Shown one piece after another: positions 44,216 to 45,153 of a stretch of 45,153 nucleotides of DNA. The notes beneath the pieces are model-generated. The model was not told where the DNA came from, ran no database searches, and was given only the letters and a program-made list of their open reading frames with translations. Origin of the DNA: Patescibacteria group bacterium. GTDB lineage: Bacteria; Patescibacteriota; Minisyncoccia; Moranbacterales; UBA1568. A program made the position numbers and the translations under genes. Where the stretch lies: positions 1 through 45,153 of the forward strand of contig JBBTWC010000008.1 in the NCBI GenBank assembly GCA_038062975.1. The letters run 5' to 3'. Each line of letters begins with the position of its first letter. Position 1 is the first letter of the stretch.

Positions 44216-45153
44216 GTGCCAAAACTCTCCCAAAAAAACGCAGTTTTTCTTGTTTTGATTCTTATTGTAGCGTTTGGTTTTTTCTTGCGTGCCTATCATT
44301 TTTCCGATTGGCTTCACTTTGAGCTCGATCAGGCACGGGATGCTCGTGTTATTGATGCTGCTCTTTCCGGGGGACCCGGAGAATTAACACTCCTCGGACC
44401 CAAAGCCGGAGGGACGTTTCTTCGGTTGGCTCCAGGATTTTATTATCTCCAGTATGTGAGTGGTATTATTTTTGGCGGCACACCAAGTGGTATTGCAATG
44501 GTCGTTTTGATTCTTTCGGTTCTTTCTATTCCACTTTTCTATTTTCTGAGTCGCTGGTTCTTTTCAGAATGGATCTCTCTCGGACTCACGCTCCTTTTTG
44601 CAGCCTCTCCTTTTATGGTGATGTATGGGCGTTTTGCATGGAATCCAAATTTGATTCCTTTTTTTACACTCCTTGGGTTCTACGCGCTTCTTCGGGCGGT
44701 AGATGGTGCTGAAAAACGGAAGAATCTTTGGTTTTTGGTAGCAGCTTTTGGTATAACAGCCGCAACCCACTTTCACTTCTTGGCTTTTCTTGCTCTACCA
44801 ACGATTACGGTGCTTTTCTTGGCTCTCAGACGACCAAAGATTGCCTGGCAGGCATGGGTTGGGGCAGTCTGTATCGTGTTTGTCCTTTATCTCCCAATGG
44901 TACTCAATGATATCGAGACAAACGGAGCAAACGTGAAAGAATTTTTTGGGGCTATTGGAGAAAAGTCTACCAAGGAGGACCATACTCTTCTGGAAAAAGG
45001 TATCCGAGATGTTTCGGAGCATGCTCTCGCTTCTATTGTTGTCACCACTGGATTTGAAGGAGCGACATTCCCCAGTTTTTCTTTTGATGGCAAGCGTCCA
45101 GTTCCATGGTTCTGTGATGCCAGTTGTGACAAAGGAAAGTGGTATGGAGCTGC
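44216..45153 (+). CDS. ArnT/PMT-like GT-C family glycosyltransferase, 5' part (runs off the window end; not in the supplied ORF track)
   Basis: Manual translation from GTG at 44216 gives an open frame to the window end: VPKLSQKNAVFLVLILIVAFGFFLRAYHFSDWLHFELDQARDA...FAASPFMVMYGRFAWNPNLIPFF... It has multiple TM helices and an acidic loop-1 motif. An in-frame TTG at 44177 is an alternative start. Confidence 0.7.
   Translation, partial: MPKLSQKNAVFLVLILIVAFGFFLRAYHFSDWLHFELDQARDARVIDAALSGGPGELTLLGPKAGGTFLRLAPGFYYLQYVSGIIFGGTPSGIAMVVLILSVLSIPLFYFLSRWFFSEWISLGLTLLFAASPFMVMYGRFAWNPNLIPFFTLLGFYALLRAVDGAEKRKNLWFLVAAFGITAATHFHFLAFLALPTITVLFLALRRPKIAWQAWVGAVCIVFVLYLPMVLNDIETNGANVKEFFGAIGEKSTKEDHTLLEKGIRDVSEHALASIVVTTGFEGATFPSFSFDGKRPVPWFCDASCDKGKWYGA

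Noticed and set aside
1-45153. CRISPR arrays, IS elements, integrases, toxin-antitoxin or defence-system genes, tRNA/rRNA genes
   Set aside because: Reading both strands and all intergenic gaps (the longest is 172 nt at 36517-36688) showed no direct-repeat/spacer pattern, no terminal inverted repeats, no transposase, recombinase or nuclease ORFs, and no tRNA-like T-loop sequences.
1-45153. Alternative genetic code (TGA recoded, as in some candidate phyla)
   Set aside because: Conserved genes such as recJ and rnhA end at TGA at the expected length. No conserved protein requires read-through of an in-frame TGA.

Overview
The window is densely coding with no obvious mobile DNA. It reads as part of a small, AT-leaning bacterial genome. 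A candidate-phyla-radiation (Patescibacteria-like) origin is only a guess from gene content and compactness. Standard genetic code: TGA is used as a stop. The first ~4.9 kb holds housekeeping genes: a CIRCE operator plus dnaJ, recJ, RNase HI, an orphan HlyD-type adaptor, and an RNase P RNA behind a consensus promoter. From 4943 to the window end (~40 kb) nearly every gene belongs to glycan assembly. The parts are: one WbaP-type initiating phosphoglycosyl transferase; 5 GT4 and 6 GT2 domains; 5 large polytopic GT-C-like membrane proteins (the last is truncated by the window edge and absent from the ORF track); 6 class I SAM methyltransferases; a Wzx-like, a GtrA-like and an MprF-flippase-like protein; a DUF2304 protein; nucleotide-sugar enzymes (Ugd, UDP-GlcA 4-epimerase-like, CapD/PglF-like dehydratase, a tandem double-SDR protein); and an AsnB-type amidotransferase. 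The most unusual element is a co-directional module at 16436-22768: HAD hydrolase, nucleotidyltransferase, a YvcK/CofD-like domain fused to a GT2 domain, a paralogous GT2, GtrA, and a polytopic membrane protein. I read this as a candidate system that activates a phospho-substituent or sugar and installs it outside the membrane. That reading is an inference. All calls come from motif recognition by eye; no database search was run.
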